DNA of 60,936 bases, counting the filler, from Nemertoderma westbladi (lineage: Eukaryota; Animalia; Xenacoelomorpha): the NCBI GenBank assembly GCA_032718475.1. It is 3 parts of 3 records of this genome, joined end to end, with 100 filler letters (N's around TTAATTAATTAA, not from the genome) between each part and the next. Parts side by side here need not be neighbours in the genome. Positions count along the whole stretch, not along the records: positions 24,919 to 49,704 come from JAUCBJ010008003.1; positions 49,805 to 60,936 come from JAUCBJ010000068.1; 1 more part is not named here. One strand, given 5' to 3'. The translations under genes and the position numbers were made by a program. This document shows positions 36,170 to 54,150 of this stretch, piece after piece (positions within the stretch are counted from its first letter, which is position 1; each line of letters opens with the position of its first letter). The notes under the pieces were generated by a model that saw nothing but the letters and a program-made list of their open reading frames with translations, was not told where the DNA came from and did not search any database.

Positions 36170-38848
36170 AGAGTTCCGTATGCAGTCGCATTTGATATTT
36201 TGATATTAATTAATGAAATTATGTAGTTTTTGCATAGTAATATCGGTACTAGTGTGTTATAGGTACACCCCCCTCAAAATTTTCATTATAACAAATTTTT
36301 GCCAATTTTTTTGTAAATATTCTAGAACATGTCATATGTTTAATAATTTATATAATAAAATATTCTAGAACAAATATTCTTTGTTCTAGAGCCAATTTTT
36401 AAAAAAACTTACAATTATATTTTTCATTAGTGATGTTGTATTTGATATCGAGATCATTTTAAGTTCTATTAATTTCTATTATTACAAGTTGTAAAAATGA
36501 CTGATTTGAGTTTAGAGGAATTAATAAGTATTATACAGAAGGCCTATAAGTCTGCAATGTAATTAATTTCTGAATATATGACCTAATACAGTGAATTCCT
36601 TCTTTTAAAATTAGCTATTAAAAAAATACTAGCTATACCGCACCCACCCACTCACCTTGCCAGCTACGATAAAAATTAGATTAATCAAATTTTACAAAAA
36701 TTAAAAAAAATATATTTTATTTTACTAGAAAGGCATTTCCTAAAGGAAATGCAACCACGAAGCTAAGGAAAATTAAACAAAGGGCCACAATTTGGTTTGT
36801 TGCTTAGCCTAGTTTAGTAGCATTTGCCAATAAATAACTTATATTCCCATGGAAACTAGAATTCTCTGGAACTGTTGGTTTTACCTTTGAAAAATGATTC
36901 AGTCCAGATTGTGGTTCAGATAATACATATACCGAGTTTCAGAAATTATTGTAGTTTATGCCCAAATTACCGATTTTCTATCAAAATGCATCTGTTTGCA
37001 GTGGTTGTCATGGAAACTGCAAAATAGAACAATGTAATTCGGATGCAGAATAAGTCATATAGTGGGGGTAGGTCTTGGTCCCAAGTCATAATACTATTAA
37101 CTTGTGTTTAAAATTATCATTTTAGAAATTTTAACATCTGTTTAGTCTTGTTGCTATGGTAATTGGATTGTGTAATTAACCTCGAATGGATTGTATATGG
37201 ACCTTACAGATGAGTTGTAAAACCCCAAATTTATATTTATTACATTATTTTGCTACAAATAGAGTATTGAATTTAGACTTGAATGAAATAGACTTTAATA
37301 AACTCCAGGTACCATGGTAACAAGATATTTCTGGAACGTTTTCAGTTTCACTAAAAGTTCCAACTAATGGTCCAGATAACACATTCCCAGTTTCGTAAAA
37401 TTTTATCGCGAAGTCTATGTCCAAATGAGTTATTTTTGTATAAAAACATCTGTTTTCAGCGGTTGTCATGGTAACTGCAAAATTAAACAATGAAATTCGG
37501 ACGCGGAATAAGTTATATAGTGGGGGTAGGGGTTGGTCCCAAGTCATAAATAACACCTTGTCCTTAGGCTTCAAATTAACATTTTATAAATTTTAACATC
37601 TGTTTATCCCGGTTGCCCTGGATTTTCTATTTAACCTCAATCGGCTCTGCTATGGACCTTATAGTTGTGTTGAGAAACCCCAAGTTTATATGTATTATAG
37701 TTTTCCTACAAATAGAGTTATAAATATTGACTTGAAATACATAGACTTTTTTCTAAGTCCGTTGCCATGGAAACCAGATTTTTCCTGGATATGAGACCCA
37801 TCCCACACGACGCGCCTTGATGAGTTGTATATACATGCAAAATTTCAGGGTACTTTTAAAGGCTAGTTTTTTCACCTATCAAAAAACACTAAATCTGCCC
37901 CATACAAGTAAAATAGCCCACTATGAATAGACCATCTCAGCTAAGGAAAATCTTTCTTAGCGAAAGTAGTTGATTTTCCTTAGCTTCGTGGATATTTTTA
38001 AAAAAATGTTTTAGAACAAAAATTATTTGTTCTGAACATTTTTTTTCCAGTTCTGGTTAGCGAAGATGTTCTAGAACATTATTTAAAAGTAAAAATAGTA
38101 CATTAACTTTTTATTTTTTTTAATTGAAATATTTGTTCTAGAACATTTATGAATTTTTTATAAATTAGCTAACATGTTCTGGAACATGTTCATAAGAAGA
38201 AATAGCAAAAACTAGCTAGTAAACAATTTTTTTAGGGGTGTGTACCTATAACACACTAGCACCGTAATATCAACATTGACTTCATTGCAACATTTAAAAA
38301 AAATATTGCCTTCCAGAACATTAGCTAATCGACTAGCTAGTAATTTTTCAAAACATGATTTATTATGTATAAACATTTTTTTTTTAATTTCTAAAAATAC
38401 TGTGCAATTTATTTATTATTTATTTATTGTGCACTAAAAATGCACAATTTATTTGTGTTCTAGAACATTAGTAGATATGTTTTTTATGGTAGCTAGTGTT
38501 TTATTACTAGCTAGTATTATTTGTAATTATAAAAAAATGTGAAAACATTGATATTTCAGGTTTAAACTGATGCATATACCGTAATGAACAAAAATATTGA
38601 TGATATTATAGCAATTTCCATTTTTTGCATGGTAACAATTATTTATGATATAAAAATGTAGTTTCATTTTAAATTACTAGCCATTTTAAATTTGAAAAAT
38701 AACTAGCTATATGTTCTAGAACATTACATTTTTTATTTTATTTATGTTCTAAAACAGTGTATAGTAATTATATTTTGGTCTAGAACTCGACAATGTTGCC
38801 ATGGTAACAATGATTTATGTTATATAAATGCGACTGCATACGGAACTG
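36170..38848. mobile_element. Three-layer nested MITE stack
   Basis: Outer agttccgtatgcagtcgcattt element; inner 36245-38263 with GG-starting TIRs and 8-bp TSD gtaatatc; innermost ~36755-37990 with ccacgaagctaaggaaaat TIRs. Confidence 0.8.
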
Positions 38849-38888
38849 TTCCCATATATAAACAGTACAGAACATAAAAACAGGTACA

Positions 38889-39627
38889 GGTACTAGTAGT
38901 GTAGCCCGTGTCACCATTATTCTGCATTTCTTAATAGCTCTTTTTAGTTATTGATTTATTATGTTGTTGTGGAAAATATTTTGATTCATTAGACAATAAA
39001 CTTAATGAAGTTTTTAGTGTTTTCAATGGTAGCTAGTGTTTTTAAATAATACGATCAAATAAAATTTGAATAATACCAAACAATCCTGTTTTGGGCTATT
39101 GATTTATGTTCTTGAATATATTTTGTCTAGTTACAATTTAAATATTAGTGGTAGCGTTAGTAGTTTTCAATGGTATTTACTGTTTTCATAAATAGTAACT
39201 ACCGTAGTGTTTTTATAAAATACCACAAAATCTTAATTTTTTTAAAAATAATTAAAATAATGTCATTTGCGTTTCAATAATCTCGCCGAGTTCCGTTGGA
39301 GGCAACTCTACAAAGAACCTCCCTTTACTGACTTGATTGAAATTGTTAGGAAAGAATATCCATAGTAAAGTAGGCATGTCTTATTTATTTATTTATAAAA
39401 AGAGACTAGTATACTAGTATAGTATACTAGAAAACTAGAAAAATAAATATAACGTGATTTATACAAAAATAATTTTATAGCTATGATGAAAAACAGACTA
39501 GCGACCATCGAAAACACTATTATTAAACATGTAATGTGTTCACACTATGTTCCAGAACATAAATCAATTAACATAAACAGCTATTAAAAAAAAACATGTT
39601 AATGGTGACACGGGCTACACTAGTACC
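38889..39627. mobile_element. Merlin-like MITE
   Basis: TIRs ggtactag..tgtagcccgtgtcaccatta / taatggtgacacgggctacactagtacc. Confidence 0.7.
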
Positions 39628-39774
39628 CAAGAAACGTGCTCGCAGTACAACAGACCCGCTAATAGTCTAGTTTTGCAGTTTCGGTAATTTATTTGTGGAC
39701 AACTCCAAAAGATATAGCTGTAGTTTACAAAAATTGTTCTAGAATATATATCATTAAGTATGCTGTCGCGTTAT

Positions 39775-39900
39775 GATTTCTTGAATTTATAGCAATAGAA
39801 AAACATGATGCTGGGTATTTGTTTGAAGTTATAATAGAGAATGCTTGACGAATATCGTCTATCTATAGATGATTGCCGAGGACAGAGTTATGATAATAAC
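39775..39900 (+). pseudogene. hAT transposase fragment
   Basis: FLEFIAIEKHDAGYLFEVI then, after a frameshift, LSIDDCRGQSYDN, a motif typical of hAT/ZMYM1-like transposases. Confidence 0.65.
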
Positions 39901-41253
39901 GAACCTGTCTTTAGACTGGGTAGTTTTTGTCTAAAGCTGAGGCCGGCAAAAACACGATGGATATATTTACCTATATCACTCACTATATATGTCTATATTT
40001 ACCTATATCACTATATATGTCACTATATCACTCACTATGTATGTTCACCAAATGGCTTGAAACCACTTGCATGCATTGTAAAATTGTAAACGCAAGTATT
40101 TATCAATTGTTGTCTAGTTGTTGAATAAAAAAGTTGGGAACGATTCGAAGTGCGATATTCGAAATATTTGCATATTTTCAACATTATTGAACGCGAAATT
40201 AAATACCCACAACTCCCTTGCTTGAAATGTTTTTCAGGTGATTGATATTTAGCAATTATTATGAGGTTACTTACTACTGAAATCTGATAGAATGCCAAAC
40301 ATTAATAGCTTAGTAGGTTTTGTTTATCTGGGACGTTTACAACAGCTGTCGATTAAACTAACAATACCAGAAACTAAACCAGGGTACCAGCCGGGTACCA
40401 AAAGCTGTTTGATAGACTCAATGGTACATATCACCAAATTTCATAGGAGTTTTGTACATTATATTGTTAAATTGGTTGCTTCCGATGTTATTTTTTAGGC
40501 TAAACTGATATTACGTAGAATTAATTAGTGTTCTATACTTTTATTATCTAATACAGTACATTCATCTCTGTTCAGGCATTTAGCAAGAAAATCTAAACGG
40601 TAAGGCTTGGAATGTATTTTATTCTTAAATTGTTATTTTTGATCAGAATATCCCCCAAAACCGGCAGAAAAAGGACCAAATTTATTAAATTTTATTACAT
40701 GAATCGAAAGTGCATCGAAATAGAAAAGGTTTGCACGCAATTTGAGCAAAATCCATACAGACACTCACAAATTATTGCAACTTTAGTGTCTACAAGAAGT
40801 ACTCCAAATCGGAACTCACTATCCAATATTGGTTTGTAGTTGAGCCTGATCTCTACTTAAATAAATAAATATTCCATAACATAAAATTATTTAACACACA
40901 ATTTAACATTGAGTAAGGCAGCATCAGGATTTGAAAGGTACAATAATTTGAATCGCTCCGTAATTATGGAAGCAATTTAGTAAATATTCAATTTCTTTTG
41001 TAACACACTACTTCGTTCTATATCTTTAAGTAAGAAAAAAGTACCTATTTAAGAATAAAATTATGTATTTATTACATGGGAAAAAAACTTTTTTTCAATA
41101 TTATCTCGACCCTTTATTAACCTCGCTTGCGCACGTTAAATAAAATACCTCGAGAATAATTAAAAAAATAGTTATACTTTTTTCCCATGTAATAAATATT
41201 TGTTTTATCTGGAATGGTTTTTTAAAACTTGACAGTTAAAATACTTTAACAAT

Positions 41254-46164
<4,911 letters not shown>

Positions 46165-48341
46165 GTAAGTTATGTACTGTAAGTGAATAACAAGTAGTAA
46201 TGTAGTGCAGTTTTATTAAAACAAGCTTGGCTCAGCCATGTTGGCGAGTAATACATGGGGACATGCGCGAAATTAACAAAACATTTAAAAATAATTTGCC
46301 AACTAACCTGTTTCATCACATGTAATAATGTTAAAAAAAAACATAGAAAAAAAAATTAAGCAAAATTCGACCGGAGCGTTCTCGAGATATAATCCGTCAA
46401 AGTTTTCATATTTGCAAAGAAGAAATACTATGTGGGGGGGGGGGGGGGGGGGGGGACGATTTAAGCTTATTTCCCATGTATTTCTATGACAACAAAAGTA
46501 GTACCATTATTCGTGAACTGTGCAGTTGTATTGTAGATGCAAGGCCACTATAATAATTATTAAGGTGGCCTTGGTTGATGCGTAGATTTGTCAACAATAT
46601 TATTATTACTGTACTACAAGTAGCTACTTTTGTAAAACAATCCTATGAATTAACCTTTATATTTTCCGTCACTACAAAGTACACAGTGAACTAATCTACA
46701 TCATAACGCCTACGTGTTTAGTTTGCATGTCGTTGACCATTTTGCACCAGAGGCATTAGTATAGAACGGGTTACAAAAGTGGTGTTTTCACTTTTTGTTG
46801 TTTTAAATGTTCTAGAACATGTTAGCTATTGATCAAAATATAATAATTTATGTTCTAGAACAAATGTTTTCTGTTCTAGAACAATTTTTATAAATTTTTT
46901 AATTTCAAAAAAACTGATTGAAATTTTGGTTATTACCGGTACTGTGTTACTCGACCCACTTTTTGGACAAATATTACTTGCATGTGTTTTTATACTGGCT
47001 AGTTTTTGTTAGTTTGTTTTTTGAAAATATTCTAGAGCATAAATTTTCTAATTATTTTGTTTAAAAATAATGTTCTATAACAAATATAATTGTTATTCTA
47101 GAACATTTTATAAAAATATTAATTGATTAGGCCTAAGTGTTAAAAACCATTCATTACAACAAATTAATTATTATGGTAGCTAGTATTTTTTTGTAGTAGT
47201 TATTATTTTATTGTTATCTCGTTTAAAAAAATTTAAGCAAAATTATGTAATAAATTATAAATTACAGTAGATTGGAAATAAAATATTTTTTAAAATGTTC
47301 TAGAACAAAATATATTTTTATATAAAATCGCTAAATATATGTTGTAAAACATTTTCAAATAAAAACTAACTGTATTAAAAAAATTTTAATGTTCTAGAGC
47401 GAAATATATTTATTCTAGAATAAAATATATTAATATAGGCCTATCTATATTTTCTTAATAATATAGCTACTATAATTATAAAAAACATGCAAGTAAAATT
47501 GGGTCGAGTAACACAGTAATACCGTAATTTTGTGATGTTTGCTTTATTTGAATTTGGAGTGAGGCGAGCGAGCCGCACGTAAGTCCAGGTGAGCCTTGGC
47601 ATAGCGGTACAATTAGTGAGCCGTCCGTTGTTGTTGGCGAAAATGTTTGAACACTAATGAGTCGTTCACTCTTTTATCAAATGGAACCAAACTTAGTACA
47701 CATCTATCTATCAAAAGTTTGGAAATTTTACACACTGACAGACCTCAATAGTTCCTCTGACTGCCGCTAGTGGGTGAATGACGGTGAATGACTAGCTCAC
47801 TAATTGTACTGCTATGCTGAGGCTCATCTGCACTTACGTGATGCGCGAAGTCCCCATGTAAGTGTTTAATACAATCTATACAATACCGAAATAACGACAA
47901 GATATGCTTTTTAAAAAAAAGCTAAATAGATGACTATAATATTATTTTTTGCAACAATTACAAAACATATCAAAAATTACAACATGTTTTTAAAATAAAA
48001 AAATATTGTAGAACATAAATTTTTATTTTAATCTATAGATAGCTAACACGTTCTCCGTTCTCGAACATTCAAAACAACAAAATCTGAATATGCTATCTAG
48101 CATAAAAGTACAGTTAAAAATCCAACAATGTAGCCATGGGCGGAACGGTCCCCGAAATTTTCTGTTTGCCCAGTTTCCATGGAAACGCTCCAGTCGATTT
48201 TCTGACCTTTTTATGGTATAATACCACTTTATTAAAAAAAATTCGGCGCCGAAAAAATAACACTAATGCGGTTCCGTCTATATTTAGTATTCCATGGTTA
48301 AAACATATGAAATAAATATTGTTTGTGCAATTATATTTCAG

Positions 48342-49704
48342 AAACGAGTTGGAAAAGTCAGAAATAGAGATCGAATGTGGCTGAGACGACAGCTAGAAAC
48401 GCCTGCCGAGAATTTTCAACGTCTATGGAAGATGCGAAATGGAATACGAGCAACACGAGAATGCGAATCAACTGCTAAGCGAACCCAGCGTTTACAGATG
48501 ATGAGGAAGCATTATCATGTTAAACTCAGTTCTGAATCAACTGCTGCGAGAACCCATCGCCTACAGATGATGAGGAAGCATTATCATGTTAAACTCAGTT
48601 CTGAATCAACTGCTGCGAGAACCCATCGCCTACAGATGATGAGGAAGCGTCAGCATGTTAAGCTCAGTGCTGAATCAACTGCTAAGCGAACCCATCGTCT
48701 ACAGATGATGAGGAAGCATTATCATGTTAAACTCAGTTCTGAATCAACTGCTAAGCGGAACCCATCGTCTACAGATGATGAGGAAGCATTATCATGTTAA
48801 ACTCAGTTCTGAATCAACTGCTGCGAGAACCCATCGCCTACAGATGATGAGGAAGCGTCAGCATGTTAAGCTCAGTGCTGAATCAACTGCTAAGCGAACC
48901 CAGCGTCTACAGATGATGAGGAAGCATTATCATGTTAAACTCAGTTCTGAATCAACTGCTGCGAGAACCCATCGCCTACAGATGATGAGGAAGCGTCAGC
49001 ATGTTAAGCTCAGTGCTGAATCAACTGCTAAGCGAACCCAGCGTCTACAGATGATGAGGAAGCATTATCATGTTAAACTCAGTTCTGAATCAACTGCTGC
49101 GAGAACCCATCGCCTACAGATGATGATGAAGCGTCAGCATGTTAAGCTCAGTGCTGAATCAACTGCTAAGCGAACCCAGCGTCTACAGATGATGATGAAG
49201 CGTCAGCATGTTAAGCTCAGTGCTGAATCAACTGCTAAGCGAACCCATCGCCTACAGATGATGAGGAAGCGTCAGCATGTTAAGCTCAGTGCTGAATCAA
49301 CTGCTAAGCGAACCCAGCGTCTACAGATGATGATGAAGCGTCAGCATGTTAAGCTCAGTGCTGAATCAACTGCTAAGCGAACCCATCGTCTACAGATGAT
49401 GAGGAAGCATTATCATGTTAAACTCAGTTCTGAATCAACTGCTGCGAGAACCCATCGCCTACAGATGATGAGGAAGCGTCAGCATGTTAAGCTCAGTGCT
49501 GAATCAACTGCTAAGCGAACCCAGCGTCTACAGATGATGAGGAAGCGTCAGCATGTTAAGCTCAGTGCTGAATCAACTGCTAAGCGAACCCATCGTCTAC
49601 AGATGATGAGGAAGCATTATCATGTTAAACTCAGTTCTGAATCAACTGCTGCGAGAACCCATCGCCTACAGATGATGAGGAAGCGTCAGCATGTTAAGCT
49701 CAGT
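48342..49704 (+). CDS. Exon 2: 23-aa (69-bp) STPR-like tandem repeats, truncated by the contig end
   Basis: atttcag acceptor, phase 0; repeats ESTAxRTxRLQMMRKxxHVKLS(S/A); one extra G at ~48757 shifts the frame. Confidence 0.6.
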
Positions 49705-49804
49705 NNNNNNNNNNNNNNNNNNNNNNNNNNNNNNNNNNNNNNNNNNNNTTAATTAATTAANNNNNNNNNNNNNNNNNNNNNNNNNNNNNNNNNNNNNNNN
49801 NNNN
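49705..49804. other. Artificial contig linker
   Basis: N-run containing TTAATTAATTAA. Confidence 0.97.
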
Positions 49805-50968
49805 ATCCCCACCGGTTATTCTGTCGTAGAAATTCAGACGATAGGTCCACTTGAGGAGACGGCCATGCCTACCTCAACTATACAAGGGGAAGACGAACCC
49901 ATATGTTTAGAATCGGAAGAGATTCAGCCCCCCACTTCTCGGAGTAGCGATAGCGACTATATATTGGAATGGTATCAAGGTCCACAGTGTCTTACTGCGT
50001 ATGATTATCGCCACGCCAATTATGTTTCTCGGCAACGTTGTCGGCTGTGCGCATCGAGAGACCATATTACGTCTATGGACACCAACGATCTCTGTTCCTA
50101 TTTCCACGAACAACCGTCGATGGAAATCTATTGTGCATATTGTCGGCTTAATAATTTGCACATTTTTGCTGTCTGCCCCCAATTTATGACTCAATGCCAT
50201 CATTGTCAATTAAAAGGACACGCCAGCTTTGATTGTCCCTTTAACCATGATTTAGAGAGCGTAGATGAAATGATTGTACTACGTTATATCAGAGCCTGGG
50301 AAGCGAACGCTGATTTACATTGTGATTCACGCCATCGCTATTATCCTGGACGCGCTTACGAAGGAGTTTATGCGTTCCATCCTTATTTGTTTGCCTCCGT
50401 CGAGCAGAAATCGCGCCTATCAAGTTATGAACTATTGAAGCGCGTTGGAGAATGTATTTCAACCAAATATGTATGCAAATTTCTCAGGAGCATTAATCCG
50501 AGTGACATCCATTCTTACAACTTAATAAACTTTATCCGTCAAGACCCTGCCTATGGAGACTTATTTGTCAACTCACACCCTGAGTTACAAGAAGTATATC
50601 GACGGCCTTACGAGTACCGAGCCCGCGAACGCGAGTTGGAAAGAACCATTAAACCAAGGAAGTTTCTAACTACCTATGGTCCACCCACGGCCCTCGTGCA
50701 GACCACTCGTACAGGACCCGTAAGAGCGGCTGTCTTGAAACGAGCTCTCAAAGCCGTTAGACCCCTCTCCCCGGACGTTGATGTCAATCAACCCGGTACT
50801 TCGACCGGCGAATATACCGATCGCAATCCCATACCTTCTGATGCAATCATATTGCACCCTTCACCCAGGAGTTATAGCCCTCCTCGTAAAGTGGCTCGCC
50901 CCAAAGAGAAAAGGACTCTTGCTAGCTTTAAAAAATTGCGTAAACGCCGTCCGCGCAAGAAAGACTAA
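49805..50968 (+). CDS. 5'-truncated ORF of an unknown zinc-knuckle protein
   Basis: Open from the contig start (IPTGYSVVEIQT...); CxxC pairs, CHHCQLKGHASFDC (CX2CX4HX4C), basic C-terminus KKLRKRRPRKKD; paralog of 7626-10173. Confidence 0.8.
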   Translation: MPTGYSVVEIQTIGPLEETAMPTSTIQGEDEPICLESEEIQPPTSRSSDSDYILEWYQGPQCLTAYDYRHANYVSRQRCRLCASRDHITSMDTNDLCSYFHEQPSMEIYCAYCRLNNLHIFAVCPQFMTQCHHCQLKGHASFDCPFNHDLESVDEMIVLRYIRAWEANADLHCDSRHRYYPGRAYEGVYAFHPYLFASVEQKSRLSSYELLKRVGECISTKYVCKFLRSINPSDIHSYNLINFIRQDPAYGDLFVNSHPELQEVYRRPYEYRARERELERTIKPRKFLTTYGPPTALVQTTRTGPVRAAVLKRALKAVRPLSPDVDVNQPGTSTGEYTDRNPIPSDAIILHPSPRSYSPPRKVARPKEKRTLASFKKLRKRRPRKKD

Positions 50969-52949
50969 CTGTTTAGAGTATTTTTATATTTTAGAAACTG
51001 TGATTTTGTATATTTTATAGACTTAAATCCCATTTTCTGGGAGCGGTGTAAAAGCTTGTGTGGGATAACTGATACGTTTGCCTTTGCTGGCCAGTTCCCC
51101 CCCAGTCGCTAGAATACTCTCAAAGGGATTTATAACTAAAATAGTGCAAGCTACCAGCTTATTGGCTGATGTGCTGTGTGGAGATATCTGGGCTCAGTTT
51201 AATCGGCCAACTAGCTTAGAGAGGTTGCTTTAGCCTTGCTGTCCGTATCGGCCAATAGAATTTGAGTGGGCGTTAATTTCGACCTATCCCAGGGCTACTG
51301 AACTGAATTTCCTATCTCACTGCTCATCCTCTGTGTTGGACGGGAGCTTCGGGGAATAAGAGTTTTTGGTATACTCGTATAGTGGTAGTAGTCATATGAT
51401 TTTATATGATTCTGTTGTTGTGTTCCCATTTTCGCCATAACACCGGCTTTTTGGGAAGAACTCTAGTAAAACTGCTTAAATTATCGAAAGTATAAACTGT
51501 TACCTACCGATCAATCTAATCAATCAACCTACCTATTAATCATATTGTTTGTACTGTTATTTTACCGTCAGTTATTAATTGTACCTATTTGTTGATGGAA
51601 ATATTGCTCTTTGGATAATACGGATAAATCACCAAAATTTCCCAATTTTCTTGATACACTACAGGTTAGAGAGACCGGCTATACATAACAATTGCGATTT
51701 ATATCAATTTGGTGTGTATTGAATCTAATGTTATTTAGCAGACACTACATGAGTCAATTACTGCTCTCTTTATGTGTGATCAAATATACTGACGGTCGGC
51801 AGAATAGTGTGTATGATTGTGATTGGTAACAAAGTATTTCCTAAAGAATACGCTTTATACTTTAATCATAAGCGGTATCGTTGCGTTTTAGTATAAGTCT
51901 TAGTTCTGTTTAAATAGATAAAGCGCCACGTCCTAAAGGAACTGTTAATATTTCCCGAAAGCCAATAATATCTGTCAGAGATTAATTATTAACGATCTAT
52001 CGAATAATACAGTAGGTATACACTGCAACCTTACACTGCAATAATACAATTTAAGCATCCGAATTCAGCCTCCCGGGTGTAGATCCATCGGGTGAATGAT
52101 CGCGCATGGGCTGCCTTCGGCTAATGTTTTGCGTATTAGCATAAAATATTGTCGTATGCTAAAGTGGTTTTAATTAACTAAAAGACATATAAATTTTGGC
52201 AGGTTAAACTGCTAAAGGTCTTCAAAAGCGCGAACAGTAACAGTTTATAATCTTATTGCAGTAGGCAATAAGGTTGCAAAATACCGTAGTGACTGGTAAA
52301 ACTGAACCGGTGCTTCTGTAGGTCAGTAGGCCTAACTGTCATCACCGGTACCGGTACTGCTGTACAAGTACATTAGTACACAAGTACACAAGGAACATTG
52401 TTCATTGGTGGAGCTGGGTTCATCAGCATGTTCATTGAGATCAGGTTTATCCTGAAAGGGTTCGGGTTTGTCCAGGCCAGGTTCATCGGAGAAGAACTCG
52501 TCAGTGCTGGATTTGTCAAAGCTGTTATCTGCAAAGCCTGTACTTCCAGCGCGCTCGATGGTTGTGATGCAGACTCCCTTGCTGTTGTGTGCGGTTCGCC
52601 CGTCGGGCCCGTCGACTTTCATCAGGGCATGGTTCAGTAGGTTTGTTTGTTTGGTTTGTCATAGGGTTTCTGGTCAGATAATACTGTTGAAGGTGTTCTT
52701 TGTATCTATGAGAAACATACACCCTGTAGTTGGTTCATCATAGCTTCATCATTGCATGAACAGCGCTTTCTACACCAGCTTTGACTCTGGCACATAGCTG
52801 GTCGGCTCGACATTCTGTGGTAAAATCTGTCATAGTGGTAGAGGCTAAAATTGGTCGAACTCCAGGCCGTTTGCCGAAGACAAAATTTATTATTGCCATG
52901 CAACGACTTTCCCACTGCCCCATGTATGTCTTGCTATCTTTTGCCCCAA

Positions 52950-54150
52950 TCCTCCCACTGATCCTGAATTCCACGGATCTCACCTTCATATCCTCTCCAG
53001 GGTAGCATTCTACTAATCTGGCTAACCTCCATTGAGTATCAATGATGGTGACATCCGTCACTATAATCAAATCGCGCTTCCTTATCTTCTTCCCTATGGT
53101 TCTCTTTCCAGTTGCTTCACTTATGTAGTATTGGTAGGTACTCTTGGAGCCACCTCTCCCAGTAATCTGTTCCAATCGTGTTGGCCACCTTCCAACTCTG
53201 CTTCTTGTATATATCGTCCTTATCGATATATTGCATATTGAACTCAACTGGCCTCTCCTTAGGTGCGCCAGTGGCAGAGCCTCCAAGGACTCTGGGTAAT
53301 CATTCAAGGGGCATAGCAGTCTGCTGTTGATCACCTACTCGCACCTCTCCAGCACTGTTCTTGTTCGGGACTCTTACACTTTGCCATGCCATTATAGCAA
53401 TTTTTTTATATAATAAAATGATCTTAAAATATTTGTTCTAGAACAACATAATGTAATAAATAAATAGAAAATATGTAGTAGAACATTAAAAAAAAGTAAC
53501 AAAAACTAGCTAGTACAAAACATTTATAAAAGATAAAATGCAATTTTAAAGTTAAAAAAATTAACAAATTAGCTAGAGCTTCTAGAAAAAAAATTTTTGT
53601 TCTAGAACAACATTTTTTTATTAAATGAATAGATAATATGTTCTAGAACATTTAAACAAAAAAGAAACAAAAACAAGCTAGTATAAAAAATTTATACAAA
53701 AATAACATACAATAAAAAATTAAAAAAAAATTAGCTAGTGCTATTTTTGACAAAATTATTTGTTCTAGTACAACATTTTTATATTAAATGAATAGATAAT
53801 ATGTTCTAGAACATTTAAAAAAAAAAGGAACAAAAACTAGCTAGTATAAGAAATTTAAACTTAACAAAATGTAATTGTACGTAGAGTATATTACAATCTA
53901 AATATAATTATATTGAATATATAGATGGCACGGCAAACTGTAAGAGTGCCTCTTAGGTATATGTTCTTAGTATATCCTCCGTCACCACATGGTTAAGGAG
54001 CGTTGTCATTAGCCGTTTGGCACTACGGACTAACAGCTCCACACATCCCAACATGTGTGGTGCAAATGGTGTCCTCCTCTCCCAAGTTATAAGGCACTTC
54101 CGTATTGTGCTGTGCCCTTTACCTCCTCTCCCTCCAGGATGTGGAAGCCT
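52950..54150 (-). mobile_element. Decayed BEL/Pao integrase region, interrupted by a MITE (~53367-53950)
   Basis: ITWERRTPFAPHMLGCVELLVRSAK, INSRLLCPL and WRLARLVECYPGEDMKVRSV are BEL/Pao integrase and C-terminal motifs; the MITE has TIRs ctcttacactttgccatgccat / atggcacggcaaactgtaagag. Confidence 0.8.

Noticed and set aside
40035-40298. Glycosyltransferase-like motif (GSCGYLISR)
   Set aside because: A single short motif in a broken AT-rich frame; insufficient to call
49600-49900. STPR repeats and the zinc-knuckle ORF forming one gene
   Set aside because: Separated by an artificial linker, so adjacency is unsupported
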